Positions 20,813 to 30,664 of a stretch of 64,000 bases of DNA are shown piece after piece. Source of the DNA: Candidatus Caldarchaeales archaeon (lineage in GTDB: Archaea; Thermoproteota; Nitrososphaeria_A; Caldarchaeales; Wolframiiraptoraceae); assembly GCA_039630055.1 (NCBI GenBank), contig JBCNVN010000001.1, forward strand, positions 75,410 to 139,409, in the 5' to 3' direction. The notes under the pieces were generated by a model. The model saw nothing but the letters and a program-made list of their open reading frames with translations. It was not told where the DNA came from and did not search any database. Positions within the stretch are counted from its first letter, which is position 1. Every line of letters begins with the position of its first letter. Both the position numbers and the translations under genes were made by a program.

Positions 20813-21430
20813 TTGAAGCAGAAGTTGGGATTAAAGATCTCAAAGATCTTGATACGTAATAGTGATTGTAGAGTTGTAAGGTGGTTGGAGAGTAAAGGGG
20901 TTGAAGCAGAATTTAAGATTGTTAAGATAAGTGAGAATACTTCTACACATCTATTAAGATTTCCCAAACCGATAGAGTTTGACAAACAGATGGATATCCA
21001 TGGTTCATACATGGTCTTGCCAGGCAACTATCTCTGGATAAATACAGAAAGCTGTACAGCATGTAGAACCTTCTCAAAACTACCTGTAATAATGAGATCT
21101 ATATCATATGCTAAATCCTCAGGCATTATCGTAAGATTAATAGTTCCAGGGAGATTATTTCATAGACAGCTTATAGAGTGCTTAGAGAATTCTGGTCTAG
21201 AAGTAGAATCAATCTCGATCAGAGAATATGAAGATTATGAGTTGACTGAAAGACAGATGGAGGTTCTCATAACGGCCTTAAAGTTAGGATATCTAGGAAG
21301 TAGGAGAAGCGCAAAGCTGAAAGACATAGCATCCTTTATAGGCTCAGATCCCTCTACAGTCTCACGGATTATTAGAGACGGCATCAAAAAGATAATAAAA
21401 AGAACTTTAGATGAAGAACATATTTATTAG
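20813..21430 (+). CDS. HTH_10 (Bat-type) family transcriptional regulator
   Basis: 205 aa. C-terminal 'LTERQMEVLITALKLGYLGSRRSAKLKDIASFIGSDPSTVSRIIRDGIKKI' matches the HTH_10 DNA-binding domain. Inserted between rpl1 and rplP0. Confidence 0.5.
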   Translation: MKQKLGLKISKILIRNSDCRVVRWLESKGVEAEFKIVKISENTSTHLLRFPKPIEFDKQMDIHGSYMVLPGNYLWINTESCTACRTFSKLPVIMRSISYAKSSGIIVRLIVPGRLFHRQLIECLENSGLEVESISIREYEDYELTERQMEVLITALKLGYLGSRRSAKLKDIASFIGSDPSTVSRIIRDGIKKIIKRTLDEEHIY

Positions 21431-21486
21431 TATATCATACAACATTTTGTATGAAAATATTATCTTTAATCATGAATAAACATTAA

Positions 21487-22065
21487 TTGATGGCACCCCA
21501 GATAATTATAGAAGTAGTCTATCTTGTAATAATATCGATAGTCATAGGGTTCATTATAGTCTTCTACATATTGACTCAGAGAGGTAAGAGTAGAGGTCAG
21601 AATTCAAGTGGTGAAGAGCATGGGATAAAGAAGGGTATGGAGAAAGGAGAGAAACGATGGCTGGTCTTCTTATTCATAATAGCTTTGATCGGAAATATGG
21701 TGATGCTGTCTCCACTTCTCCCATCTACGAGATACACTTTATGGTTAGAAGAAAAACCAAAATTAACGATAAAAATAGAAGTGATAAACTATGAATTTAT
21801 ACTTCCTGAAAAGCCTATAACTATCCCAGCAGGTACTCCAGTAGAGTTTATAGTAGTATCTCAAGACCTAGTATATGGTTTCGGGGTATTCAGAAAGGAT
21901 GGGCTCATGGTATTCCAGATGCAGGTGGTTCCTAAACCATATGAAAATCGAATAGTATGGGTATTCGATGAGCCTGGGTACTATGATATAAGGTCTACAG
22001 AATATAGTGGTCCTAAGCATCCCTACATGTATGTTCCCGATGCAATAAAAGTAGTGGGAGGATGA
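21487..22065 (+). CDS. heme-copper oxidase subunit II-like cupredoxin protein lacking CuA ligands
   Basis: 192 aa with N-terminal TM helices then a cupredoxin-like domain. In place of the CuA motif 'H..C.E.C..H..M' it has '...VYGFGV...RSTEYSGPKHPYM': both Cys are Ser and the first His is Tyr, as in quinol-oxidase-type subunit II. Confidence 0.5.
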   Translation: MMAPQIIIEVVYLVIISIVIGFIIVFYILTQRGKSRGQNSSGEEHGIKKGMEKGEKRWLVFLFIIALIGNMVMLSPLLPSTRYTLWLEEKPKLTIKIEVINYEFILPEKPITIPAGTPVEFIVVSQDLVYGFGVFRKDGLMVFQMQVVPKPYENRIVWVFDEPGYYDIRSTEYSGPKHPYMYVPDAIKVVGG

Positions 22066-22071
22066 GAATGT

Positions 22072-23640
22072 ATGAATGAAGAAGAGAGGAAGGTTCTCTC
22101 GATAAGGTTTGTAGTGATCTCATTGATCTTCTTAGCATTAGCTGGGATTGAAGGAATACTGATGAGGTTTAGAATAGTAAATACTCTTGTAGAACTCTTT
22201 GATGAAAAGCATTTCTACTCTATGATGACAGCCCACCCATTTATCGGAGTATATGGATGGGCTTATATGGCTGTTATGGGTGCATTCTACTTTCTCGTAC
22301 CCTATATTCTCAAGAAAGATATCTACAGTAAGAAGGCTGCATACTTGAGTTTCTGGCTGATGATTATAGGTTTGGCAACTGTCTGGACAACTACATTTTT
22401 AACTCATTATGCACCCCTCTACACTCTCTACTGGCCTATACCGGTGGCATACGATATAATTGGATGGAACATATACTCTATACTCTCTTTTGGTTTAGGT
22501 GTCGCATTGATCTTAGGAGGTGTACTCACATTCTTTGGGAACATGTTTGCTACAATATTCCTATCTCAGCGGCAGACAGATGGAGGATCTGCCAGCCCAT
22601 GGTACATAATCAAAGAACTAATTATAACAGCATTCAATCTAGATAAGGTTAGGGCAAATATACTAAGACTACCGCAATATACTTCGAAGGCCTTCAGTTA
22701 TCCAGTCTTTGTTGTAGCCGTTTTTAGAGGATGTGTAGATACGACATTAAACGCGTTTGTTATAGGAGGTGTAGGAGTACTCTTGATAGTGTTTGCTATA
22801 GGAAACGTGATCCCGAATCTTTCTATATCCCATACTATACTAGATCCATTAATATACAAGAATATCTTCTGGTGGGGGCTAGACCTTATAGCTGATGGGA
22901 ACGTCCTCATCTTCACCGCTGGAACATGGTATCTTCTCGTACCACTACTACTCAATAGGACTTTATACGGAGAGAGTGTTGTGAGAACTGTTATCCTTGC
23001 AGACCTTGTAATCTCTCTCTTCGTCTGGAATCACCATATGCTGGCAGATACTCCTCAGCCCTTAGCTCTACAGATACAAGGTCAGATATTCACTTGGGGA
23101 GAGCTGCTGACGATGGGGTTGACAATGTTCGCTGTTCTAGCAACGATATGGTATGCGAGACCTGTAAAATATTCTATGCCCTTGAAGTTTATTCTCGTAT
23201 CTATTGTAGGATATGCTGTAGGTGGTTTAGCTGGAATAATACAAGCGAACTATGCATCAAACAGATTCTTCCATAATACTCAGTGGGTTATAGGGATCCA
23301 TGGACATATACAACTGCTTGTAGGGTTATCTTCAACTCTGTTTGCAGCGGTTTATGCTCTCTTCCCATTACTTACAGGTAAGTCGCTTAGTGAAAGATTG
23401 GGAAATGTTCATTTGATACTCTGGACTGTTGGTGGACTGGTGATGGGATTAAGCATGGGGTTGGCTGGAACACAGGGGATGTTGAGGAGAACTCTCTACC
23501 CGATGGGATTAGGACCTTTCGAACCATATATGAACATAGCGATCATAGGAGCTTTGATGATGGCAACGGCCTTCATAATCTTCCTTGTAAATATCATTAG
23601 AACGGTAAAGCTTGGCAACCTACTAAAGATACTCTTTTAA
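22072..23640 (+). CDS. heme-copper oxidase subunit I-like protein with incomplete binuclear-centre ligand set
   Basis: 522 aa with about 12 TM helices. Conserved 'TAHPF' (helix II His), 'VWNHHML' (His-His), 'IGIHGHI' (helix X His-X-His) are present. The helix VI 'FWFFGHPEVY' region reads 'FWWGLDLIADGNV', so the CuB His and the cross-linked Tyr are absent. Confidence 0.65.
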   Translation: MNEEERKVLSIRFVVISLIFLALAGIEGILMRFRIVNTLVELFDEKHFYSMMTAHPFIGVYGWAYMAVMGAFYFLVPYILKKDIYSKKAAYLSFWLMIIGLATVWTTTFLTHYAPLYTLYWPIPVAYDIIGWNIYSILSFGLGVALILGGVLTFFGNMFATIFLSQRQTDGGSASPWYIIKELIITAFNLDKVRANILRLPQYTSKAFSYPVFVVAVFRGCVDTTLNAFVIGGVGVLLIVFAIGNVIPNLSISHTILDPLIYKNIFWWGLDLIADGNVLIFTAGTWYLLVPLLLNRTLYGESVVRTVILADLVISLFVWNHHMLADTPQPLALQIQGQIFTWGELLTMGLTMFAVLATIWYARPVKYSMPLKFILVSIVGYAVGGLAGIIQANYASNRFFHNTQWVIGIHGHIQLLVGLSSTLFAAVYALFPLLTGKSLSERLGNVHLILWTVGGLVMGLSMGLAGTQGMLRRTLYPMGLGPFEPYMNIAIIGALMMATAFIIFLVNIIRTVKLGNLLKILF

Positions 23641-23828
23641 GATATCTAACCCTCAAACTTCATATTTTTCAGTTATATTTAGACTAGTTACTATAAAGTA
23701 ACTCTGAAAGTTAAGAGATGAATATTTAAGATCTTTAGAGTCCTATCCTACAACACTTTAAGTTTTTTAACTAGGTGAAAGTATAGACAGACTGAGTTAG
23801 TAGAGTTTAAAGGAGTGTTGGTTTAGAC

Positions 23829-24698
23829 TTGAATGGACAGACCGTGATCTCGAGGGTGCAGAGATGGAAGATTGAAGAAGTCGAGGAATTGGCAAGTTTA
23901 ATCGGAAAGCATCGAGTAATCGCTGTCTTTAGTTTATCCGGCTTGAGAACAAACCTAATACATGAGATTCGGAAGAAGCTTAGAGGCTTCTGCACTATAA
24001 GAGTTGCAAAAAAGACCCTCTTTATCAAGGCCGTAGAGCGGGCGGGTAGAAAAGATCTGGCTAAGCTTGTAGAAGATATTAAAGAAAGCGTTGGGTTCAT
24101 ATTCTCAGATCTTAACATATTCAAGCTTAAAATGCTGCTGGATAAGAATAAGGTACTCATGCATGCTAAAGCAGGAGAGAGATCAGATATAGATGTAATA
24201 GTGCCTGAGATGAATACTGGACTTCCTCCGGGACCTATCTTGAGCGATTTCGGAAAGTTAAAGATACCTACGAGGATCGAGGGAGGTCAGATATGGATCG
24301 CTAAAGATACTCTAGTAGCTAAGAAAGGTGATGAAATATCAGCTCCTCTGGCCTCACTTCTATCAAGGCTTGATATAAAAGCGGTGATGAAAGGGATAAC
24401 GATCGATAAAGGCTATGAAGATGGAGTGATATTATCTGGAAAAGACCTTGAATTAGATCTAGAGATGTTCAAGAATAACATTATAGAGGCCAGTAGCACA
24501 GCCATGAAGTTAGCGTTAGAGATAGGATATGTAACAAGAGAGACTATACAGCCTCTAATAATCAAAGCATATAGAGAGGCTAGGTCTCTCGCAATTGAAT
24601 CAGGGTTCCCAGATAAAGAAGTGATAGGAGAGATGATTATCAAGGCTGAAGTAATAGCTAGAAGGCTGGAAGAGTTGATAGAGGCTAAGAGGACCTAA
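23829..24698 (+). CDS. rplP0: 50S ribosomal protein L10 (acidic ribosomal protein P0)
   Basis: 289 aa. 'VFSLSGLRTNLIHEIRKKLRG' P0 N-domain. Ends '...RRLEELIEAKRT' with no acidic C-terminal tail. Confidence 0.8.
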   Translation: MNGQTVISRVQRWKIEEVEELASLIGKHRVIAVFSLSGLRTNLIHEIRKKLRGFCTIRVAKKTLFIKAVERAGRKDLAKLVEDIKESVGFIFSDLNIFKLKMLLDKNKVLMHAKAGERSDIDVIVPEMNTGLPPGPILSDFGKLKIPTRIEGGQIWIAKDTLVAKKGDEISAPLASLLSRLDIKAVMKGITIDKGYEDGVILSGKDLELDLEMFKNNIIEASSTAMKLALEIGYVTRETIQPLIIKAYREARSLAIESGFPDKEVIGEMIIKAEVIARRLEELIEAKRT

Positions 24699-24709
24699 CC
24701 CTCTATTGA

Positions 24710-27475
24710 TCACTTGGCCAATATCTGGATGATTAGATCGTTGACAGTTTTTCTTAAATCTTCTTCATCGACATCTCTTCCCAAGTTTCCCTGACCAAGC
24801 CTAGATTGTCCACCACCCTTTCCACCAAGCTTTGATGATATCGCATCGGCTAGTCGTCCAGCATGAATTCCTAGATCCTGAGCCTCTTCACTAGATACTA
24901 TAAGCAATTTTGGTTTCCCCACATCGAATGCTATCACGACGCATTTCGGACCCTTTTTCTCCATCAATATATCCGAGATCATGAATGCATAATCCCTATC
25001 ACCCTCTACTTCCCTGGCTACAAATACTTCGATCCCCCCGATTATAGACCGTCTATCGAATAATTCTTGAGCTCTATATTTTGCAACCATTCTTTCAAGC
25101 GAGTTGATCTTCCTCCTCAGTTCTTTAACCTGATCCAATTCTTCCTTTAACTTCTCTAAGATATCTACTGGAGATGATTTAAGAAGTATAGATGCCTCAT
25201 TTATTATTCTATCGTTTTCTTGGAGGTATGGTAAAGCTGATGGACCTGCAGCGAAGATGAGTCTTTCCACACCATCTTGTATTCTCTCCGTCTTCAATAT
25301 CTTTATCAATCCTACGTCTTCAGTGTTTTCACAGTGCATTCCACCACATGCTTCTACATCCCAACCTAATATCCCTACAACTCTAATCGTAGCAGAGGGT
25401 ACCTCGCCTCCTTGATATAGGGTGAATCCATAAATCCTCTCCGCCTCATTTCTATCCATCCACTTGATGACGACCGGTATCCTACTCATAACGATCCTAT
25501 TCGCTTCCCTCTCTATCTTCTCAATATCTTCTCTGGTCAACCTCTTATGATGGTATATGTCTAATCTAGCTTTATCTGGTTCCTTCTCTGCACCGGCTTG
25601 CCAAGCATGCTTACCTAAGACCCTTCTCGCAGATCCCAGAATTATATGTGTGGCAGTATGGTGTCTCATCAATGTAAGCCTCCTCTCTCTGTCTAACTCT
25701 GCATCTACTATGGTTCCTACCTCTGGTGTAGGACCCTCGATCTTATGGAGAATTACACCACCACTCAATAGACTGGTCTCGACAACTCTTGCTTGATTAT
25801 TTTGACCCCATCTTATGAAACCTATATCGGTGGCTTGACCTCCTCCAGTAGGATAAAACAATGTCTGATCGAGAATTACATAATTATCTAGAACGCCTAT
25901 GACCTTTGCCCTGAACTTGAACTCAAAAGGTTGCTCATAGTACAGCTTCCTCGTTGGAGGATAGTTTTTCACTCTTTCCTCTAGAATTTTGAGCTCATCA
26001 TGGATTGGAGGTTCAATGGATCTGAGATGTCGTGATGCTACAAGCTCATAGAAGTTCTCGGGGACCGATATTTTTACATCTTCTCTTTCAGCGATCTGTC
26101 TTACAAAATCGGGGGTGAGCCCTCTCTCATCATACATTCTAACCAAGAAATCTACTGGAACCTCTCCATGACTATCCTTCAACCGCTTGATCTCTCTCTC
26201 AACATAAGTAGCTCCACGGAAGATTGTCTCTTTAAACTTCTTTATCTCAGACTCTATTATCTCGAGAGCTTCATCCCTCATCTCTATGAGATGTGGAAAA
26301 TCCTTTCCCCAGAAGTTTAGCTGTAGATCTACCAGCTCGAGCAGTTTATCAGATGAAGATATGGAGTCTATCAGTCTGTATGCCTTCCTAATCAGTAACC
26401 TTGCTAGATAGCCTACCTTTACATTTGATGGTACAACCCCCTCACTTATTATAAATGCTATAGACTTTGTGTAATCAAGTAGTGCATAGACTTTCTCCAG
26501 TGCTGCTATCTCCTCCTCTATAAACCTGAGGGGGATCTCAGATTTTTCTGATATTAGTCTCCTCACTTCAGAGATCGTTTGTCCAGACTTTGGGATGACG
26601 AGAGCCGTATATGGTGAGTATCTCTCGAGAAGCTTTCTATCAGGCTTAGGGAATGGTAGGATCTTCTCAATCCTCGGATAGAGCTCACCATATACTGCAT
26701 CGAAGCAGCTGGGTGTTCCTTGGCTGAACCATGCAAACCTCTCGATGCCATAACCTGTATCTACAGTTCTTATCGGTAGCTCTATCAACTCGCTATCAAG
26801 TGTCTTATACTGCATAAAGACGAGTGTTGCTAACTCTAGTCCATAAGAGATGGTTTCAAAGCATGGTCCAGCATTTCCGCCACCACTCCAAACAGACTCT
26901 TTGTAGACTATCTGATCTTCAGGTATGCCGAATTCCTCCATAACATATTCATGATAATATCTTACTGTATCCTCTTTCCAGTAGATCTCCTTGTCTGGAT
27001 AGTTGAATGCATGGGCTCCACCCATCTCGAATATCGTTAGATGTCTTCCGAAAGTTAATCCAACCTTGTCTATGTCTACCAGTCTTATACATGGCTGACT
27101 AATTACTAGGGGGTTGGCTGGGGGTGGGGCTATTCCAGAAGTCACGAAGGGTTGGAAGTCTACGATGCTAGCATCGGTTAAGAACATGTCGGTCCTCCAT
27201 CTAGCAACGACTGGATATGGCTTTATCACTGTATGACCTCTCTTCTCGAAGAATCTGAGAAAGGTCTCTCTAGAACCTTTAACGTCAACCTTCTTCTTTG
27301 CTAGACTTCTACCGATAAATTTGTATTCTTCACAAGGTGACTCTCCACAGACTTCTCTATCTAGATCGACTGTCCAAAAATATTCTCCACAATACTTACA
27401 TCTTCTTCTGACGTAACCTCTCTCTTTAAAGAATTCTAGACTATAAACTTCTTCGCTGAACCTCATACCATCCAT
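24710..27475 (-). CDS. alaS: alanyl-tRNA synthetase
   Basis: 921 aa. Class II catalytic core, editing-domain 'HTATH' and 'CGGMH' zinc motifs, and a C-terminal DHHA1-like domain. Confidence 0.9.
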   Translation of the reverse strand: MDGMRFSEEVYSLEFFKERGYVRRRCKYCGEYFWTVDLDREVCGESPCEEYKFIGRSLAKKKVDVKGSRETFLRFFEKRGHTVIKPYPVVARWRTDMFLTDASIVDFQPFVTSGIAPPPANPLVISQPCIRLVDIDKVGLTFGRHLTIFEMGGAHAFNYPDKEIYWKEDTVRYYHEYVMEEFGIPEDQIVYKESVWSGGGNAGPCFETISYGLELATLVFMQYKTLDSELIELPIRTVDTGYGIERFAWFSQGTPSCFDAVYGELYPRIEKILPFPKPDRKLLERYSPYTALVIPKSGQTISEVRRLISEKSEIPLRFIEEEIAALEKVYALLDYTKSIAFIISEGVVPSNVKVGYLARLLIRKAYRLIDSISSSDKLLELVDLQLNFWGKDFPHLIEMRDEALEIIESEIKKFKETIFRGATYVEREIKRLKDSHGEVPVDFLVRMYDERGLTPDFVRQIAEREDVKISVPENFYELVASRHLRSIEPPIHDELKILEERVKNYPPTRKLYYEQPFEFKFRAKVIGVLDNYVILDQTLFYPTGGGQATDIGFIRWGQNNQARVVETSLLSGGVILHKIEGPTPEVGTIVDAELDRERRLTLMRHHTATHIILGSARRVLGKHAWQAGAEKEPDKARLDIYHHKRLTREDIEKIEREANRIVMSRIPVVIKWMDRNEAERIYGFTLYQGGEVPSATIRVVGILGWDVEACGGMHCENTEDVGLIKILKTERIQDGVERLIFAAGPSALPYLQENDRIINEASILLKSSPVDILEKLKEELDQVKELRRKINSLERMVAKYRAQELFDRRSIIGGIEVFVAREVEGDRDYAFMISDILMEKKGPKCVVIAFDVGKPKLLIVSSEEAQDLGIHAGRLADAISSKLGGKGGGQSRLGQGNLGRDVDEEDLRKTVNDLIIQILAK

Positions 27476-27509
27476 CTAGTGACAACTACTTATAGATAAA
27501 AATAATCCT

Positions 27510-27857
27510 CTAACCAAAGAGAGCGCTTAATCCTGCTAAAGCCTCTTCTTCTCTCTCTTCTTTCTTCTCTTCTTTCTTTTCAGCTGGTTTTACTTCTGGA
27601 GCAGGAGCCTGGGCCGCAGAGCTCGGACCTGCCGATATTATAGGAGTAGCTGAAGCCGACTTCAAGACTTCTTCAATATTGATCTCTGAAACTGCTGCTA
27701 CTAGAGATTTAATCCTAACTTCATCTGGAGTGATCCCGGCGGCTGATAGGACCCTCTTCACATTCTCTTCATTAATCGGCTTACCAGCCTTGTGGAGAAG
27801 TAAGACTGTATATATGTACTCCATCTCTAGTCTAACATAGTCTAGGTTAGCCTGCAT
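27510..27857 (-). CDS. rpl12: 50S ribosomal protein L12 (P1 stalk protein)
   Basis: 115 aa ending in the hallmark stalk tail '[20 protein letters not shown]'. Confidence 0.85.
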   Translation of the reverse strand: MQANLDYVRLEMEYIYTVLLLHKAGKPINEENVKRVLSAAGITPDEVRIKSLVAAVSEINIEEVLKSASATPIISAGPSSAAQAPAPEVKPAEKKEEKKEEREEEALAGLSALFG

Positions 27858-27980
27858 TTAAAGATTATCCAGACCACCATTTTATACATCTCTATTTAAT
27901 CGAGAATAGTTAGCCCTCAAATTTTTGTGAATATTGAATAGTAATATCGTATATAAACTGGACCTAGTCTATAGATTGGC

Positions 27981-29414
27981 ATGGATCGGGAAGGCTATAG
28001 GGTTGAGAGAGATTTATTTGGAGAGGTCCTGATACCTGTAGAAGCATACTATGATACTAGCACTGTCAGAGCAATAGAGAATTTTCCAATATCTGGATTG
28101 AGATTTCCTAGAGCTTTCATAAGAGCTTTAGGATTGATAAAGTATTCCGCTGCTAAGGTCAATCTAAAGCTAGGACTATTGGATAGAGATAGAGCTGAAG
28201 CAATAATGAGAGCAGCTCTCGAGGTTGTGGATGGAAGATACGATGATCAGTTTGTCGTTGACATATTCCAAACAGGTTCAGGTACATCGACAAATATGAA
28301 TGCAAACGAGGTTATAGCTAATCGAGCTGCAGAGTTGTTGGGTGGAAAAAAGGGAGATAAGAAGCTAATACATCCAAATGACCATGTAAATATGTGTCAA
28401 TCGACAAACGATGTGTTTCCCACCGCTATCCACATCTCGGTAGCTGAAAGTATTATCAAGATGCTGCTACCCAGCTTGAAGATTTTGGAAGAATCTTTAA
28501 GGATGAAGGCTTCGGAGTTCGAATCGATTGTAAAATGTGGTAGAACCCATCTACAGGATGCTGTCCCGATAACGCTTGGACAAGAGTTCAGTGGTTACGC
28601 ATCTATGATTAGACATGGGATCCAGAGGCTGGAGAGGAATATGGAAGAGATATTAGAGCTACCTATAGGTGGAACAGCGGTTGGAACAGGCTTAAATGCT
28701 CATCCAGATTTTGGAAGAATGGTTGTAGAAGAGATTAGCAATATCACCAACATTATGTTCAAGGTCTCTGAAAATAGATTTGAACAACTCCAGCTTAGAG
28801 ATTCTTGTGTTTCAATAAGTGGATGCTTGAGAACAATAGCTGGAAGCATATTGAAGATTATTAGAGATTTGAGACTTCTCAGCTCTGGACCGAATACCGG
28901 GCTTGGAGAGATAGAAGTACCGGCCACACAGCCAGGCTCATCTATAATGCCTGGAAAAGTTAACCCTGTAATACTTGAGAGTTCTATGCTTGTATGTGTA
29001 AAGATCTTTGGAAGTGATCTGACGATCGCACTCTCGAACCAGCTTGGAGAGCTTGAACTCAATATGGGTATGCCTCTAATCGCATATGAATTGCTCGAAT
29101 CGATCCGACTACTATCTAACATGTCTAAGAATTTAGCTGTCAAGTGTATCAATGGATTGAGGGCAAACGTTGAGAGATGCCGTTACTATGCAGAGGTTAG
29201 CCCAGCTCTAGTAACAGCATTGACTCCTATCATCGGATATGATAGAGGAGCATTGATAGCTAAAAAAATCGTAGATGAGAAGAAGACTATAACACAAGCA
29301 TTGATAGAGGAAGGATATTCAGTCGATGATTTGAAGGATGTAATAGATCCGTTAAGGTTGACTAAGGGTGGGATAATCTCAAAGACCTCTATCAAGAGAG
29401 GGGAAAGCCTTTAA
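27981..29414 (+). CDS. fumC: class II fumarate hydratase / aspartate ammonia-lyase family enzyme
   Basis: 477 aa. Signature 'GSSIMPGKVNP'. 'TNDVFPT' and 'HLQDA' motifs of the fumarase/aspartase superfamily. Confidence 0.8.
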   Translation: MDREGYRVERDLFGEVLIPVEAYYDTSTVRAIENFPISGLRFPRAFIRALGLIKYSAAKVNLKLGLLDRDRAEAIMRAALEVVDGRYDDQFVVDIFQTGSGTSTNMNANEVIANRAAELLGGKKGDKKLIHPNDHVNMCQSTNDVFPTAIHISVAESIIKMLLPSLKILEESLRMKASEFESIVKCGRTHLQDAVPITLGQEFSGYASMIRHGIQRLERNMEEILELPIGGTAVGTGLNAHPDFGRMVVEEISNITNIMFKVSENRFEQLQLRDSCVSISGCLRTIAGSILKIIRDLRLLSSGPNTGLGEIEVPATQPGSSIMPGKVNPVILESSMLVCVKIFGSDLTIALSNQLGELELNMGMPLIAYELLESIRLLSNMSKNLAVKCINGLRANVERCRYYAEVSPALVTALTPIIGYDRGALIAKKIVDEKKTITQALIEEGYSVDDLKDVIDPLRLTKGGIISKTSIKRGESL

Positions 29415-29463
29415 ACCTTCACGAAAAACTCAAATTATGAAATCTTGAAGATACCTTGAATTA

Positions 29464-30648
29464 TTGGATAGAAGATTAGTATATGTATTCATCGCTTTAG
29501 GCATAGTTTCCCTACTGGCAGATATAACATATGAAGGTGCCAGATCGATCTCGGGAGCATACTTAAACTTTTTAGCTGCACCAGCGATAGCAGCGGGATT
29601 ACTGGCCGCTGGAGAGTTCTTAAGCTACTTGATAAGATTTCTCAGTGGACTGATCGCTCAGAAGACTTACTCAGCAAAAACATTCTGGAGCCTCATCTAT
29701 ATCGGTTATGCAGTAAATCTATTCGCTATCCCTCTACTAGCATTCACAAATTATTGGTTCCTAGCATTAATCCTATATTTCGTGGAGAGGATGGGAAAAG
29801 GTCTAAGAACACCTATTAGAGATGTATTAGTTGCAGAGATATCTGAGGGGATAGGCAGAGGTAAGGGATTCGGAATCCATGAAGTAGTAGACCAGGTTGG
29901 AGCCATAGCTGGGCCTGCAATCATAGGACTATCCCTTACATACTTTGGGGATAATGTATCGTTAGGATATAGATACTCATTTATAATACTTGGAGTTCCA
30001 GCAGCGCTTAGCTTGATTACTCTAACATATGTTTACAGTAGATATCCAGTGCCTAGAGCTGTTGATGTTAGAAGATCAGTCGTGGAGGTTAGAGATCTAG
30101 GTAGAGTCTACTGGTTATACCTAGCCGGCTCATCTATAGCTATGGCTGGATTGATTCATTGGGGTTTGGTATCTTATTATCTTGAAGACTTAGCAAGAAC
30201 CGGTGAGATATTCTCATCTGAGATCCCGATCTTCTATCTTATAGCCATGGCCTCGGATGCGATAATTGCTTTACCTTTAGGGATTATCTATGATAGGTAT
30301 AAGTATTTTTCCTTATCCCTCGTACCCATAACCGCAATCCCAATACCAATATTGTTATTTATCTATCCAGATCGGTTGGGACTGTATGCTATGTCTATTA
30401 TTTGGGGAGCCTCTATGGGTGGGGCTGAGACGATTATGAGAGCGGCGGTCGCCGATATAACCAGAGAGTCTTCAAGACTTATAGCATATGGCTTATCCTC
30501 TATGCTACATGGCGCATCGATGTTTCTAAGTGGAATAGTTTTTTCATATCTATACCAGATAAGAGCAATATATTTGATAATCTTTTTAATCATTATCATC
30601 GAAATAATTGCATTAACTCTCTATAGTACTTTGATGATTAAAAGATAA
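29464..30648 (+). CDS. major facilitator superfamily-like transporter
   Basis: 394 aa with about 12 TM helices. Loop motif 'ERMGKGLRTPIRD' resembles the MFS loop 2-3. Confidence 0.5.
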   Translation: MDRRLVYVFIALGIVSLLADITYEGARSISGAYLNFLAAPAIAAGLLAAGEFLSYLIRFLSGLIAQKTYSAKTFWSLIYIGYAVNLFAIPLLAFTNYWFLALILYFVERMGKGLRTPIRDVLVAEISEGIGRGKGFGIHEVVDQVGAIAGPAIIGLSLTYFGDNVSLGYRYSFIILGVPAALSLITLTYVYSRYPVPRAVDVRRSVVEVRDLGRVYWLYLAGSSIAMAGLIHWGLVSYYLEDLARTGEIFSSEIPIFYLIAMASDAIIALPLGIIYDRYKYFSLSLVPITAIPIPILLFIYPDRLGLYAMSIIWGASMGGAETIMRAAVADITRESSRLIAYGLSSMLHGASMFLSGIVFSYLYQIRAIYLIIFLIIIIEIIALTLYSTLMIKR

Positions 30649-30664
30649 GGATTGAATAGTTAAG

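Noticed and set aside
23686-23703. Inverted repeat AGTTACT-ATAA-AGTAACT in the rplP0 leader region
   Set aside because: It is short (7-bp arms) and about 125 nt upstream of the ATG. It could be a promoter or operator, or part of an autoregulatory leader, but that is too speculative to call as a feature.
28700-29395. Minus-strand ORFs inside fumC/aspA
   Set aside because: They are antisense to a gene carrying the GSSxMPxKxN signature.
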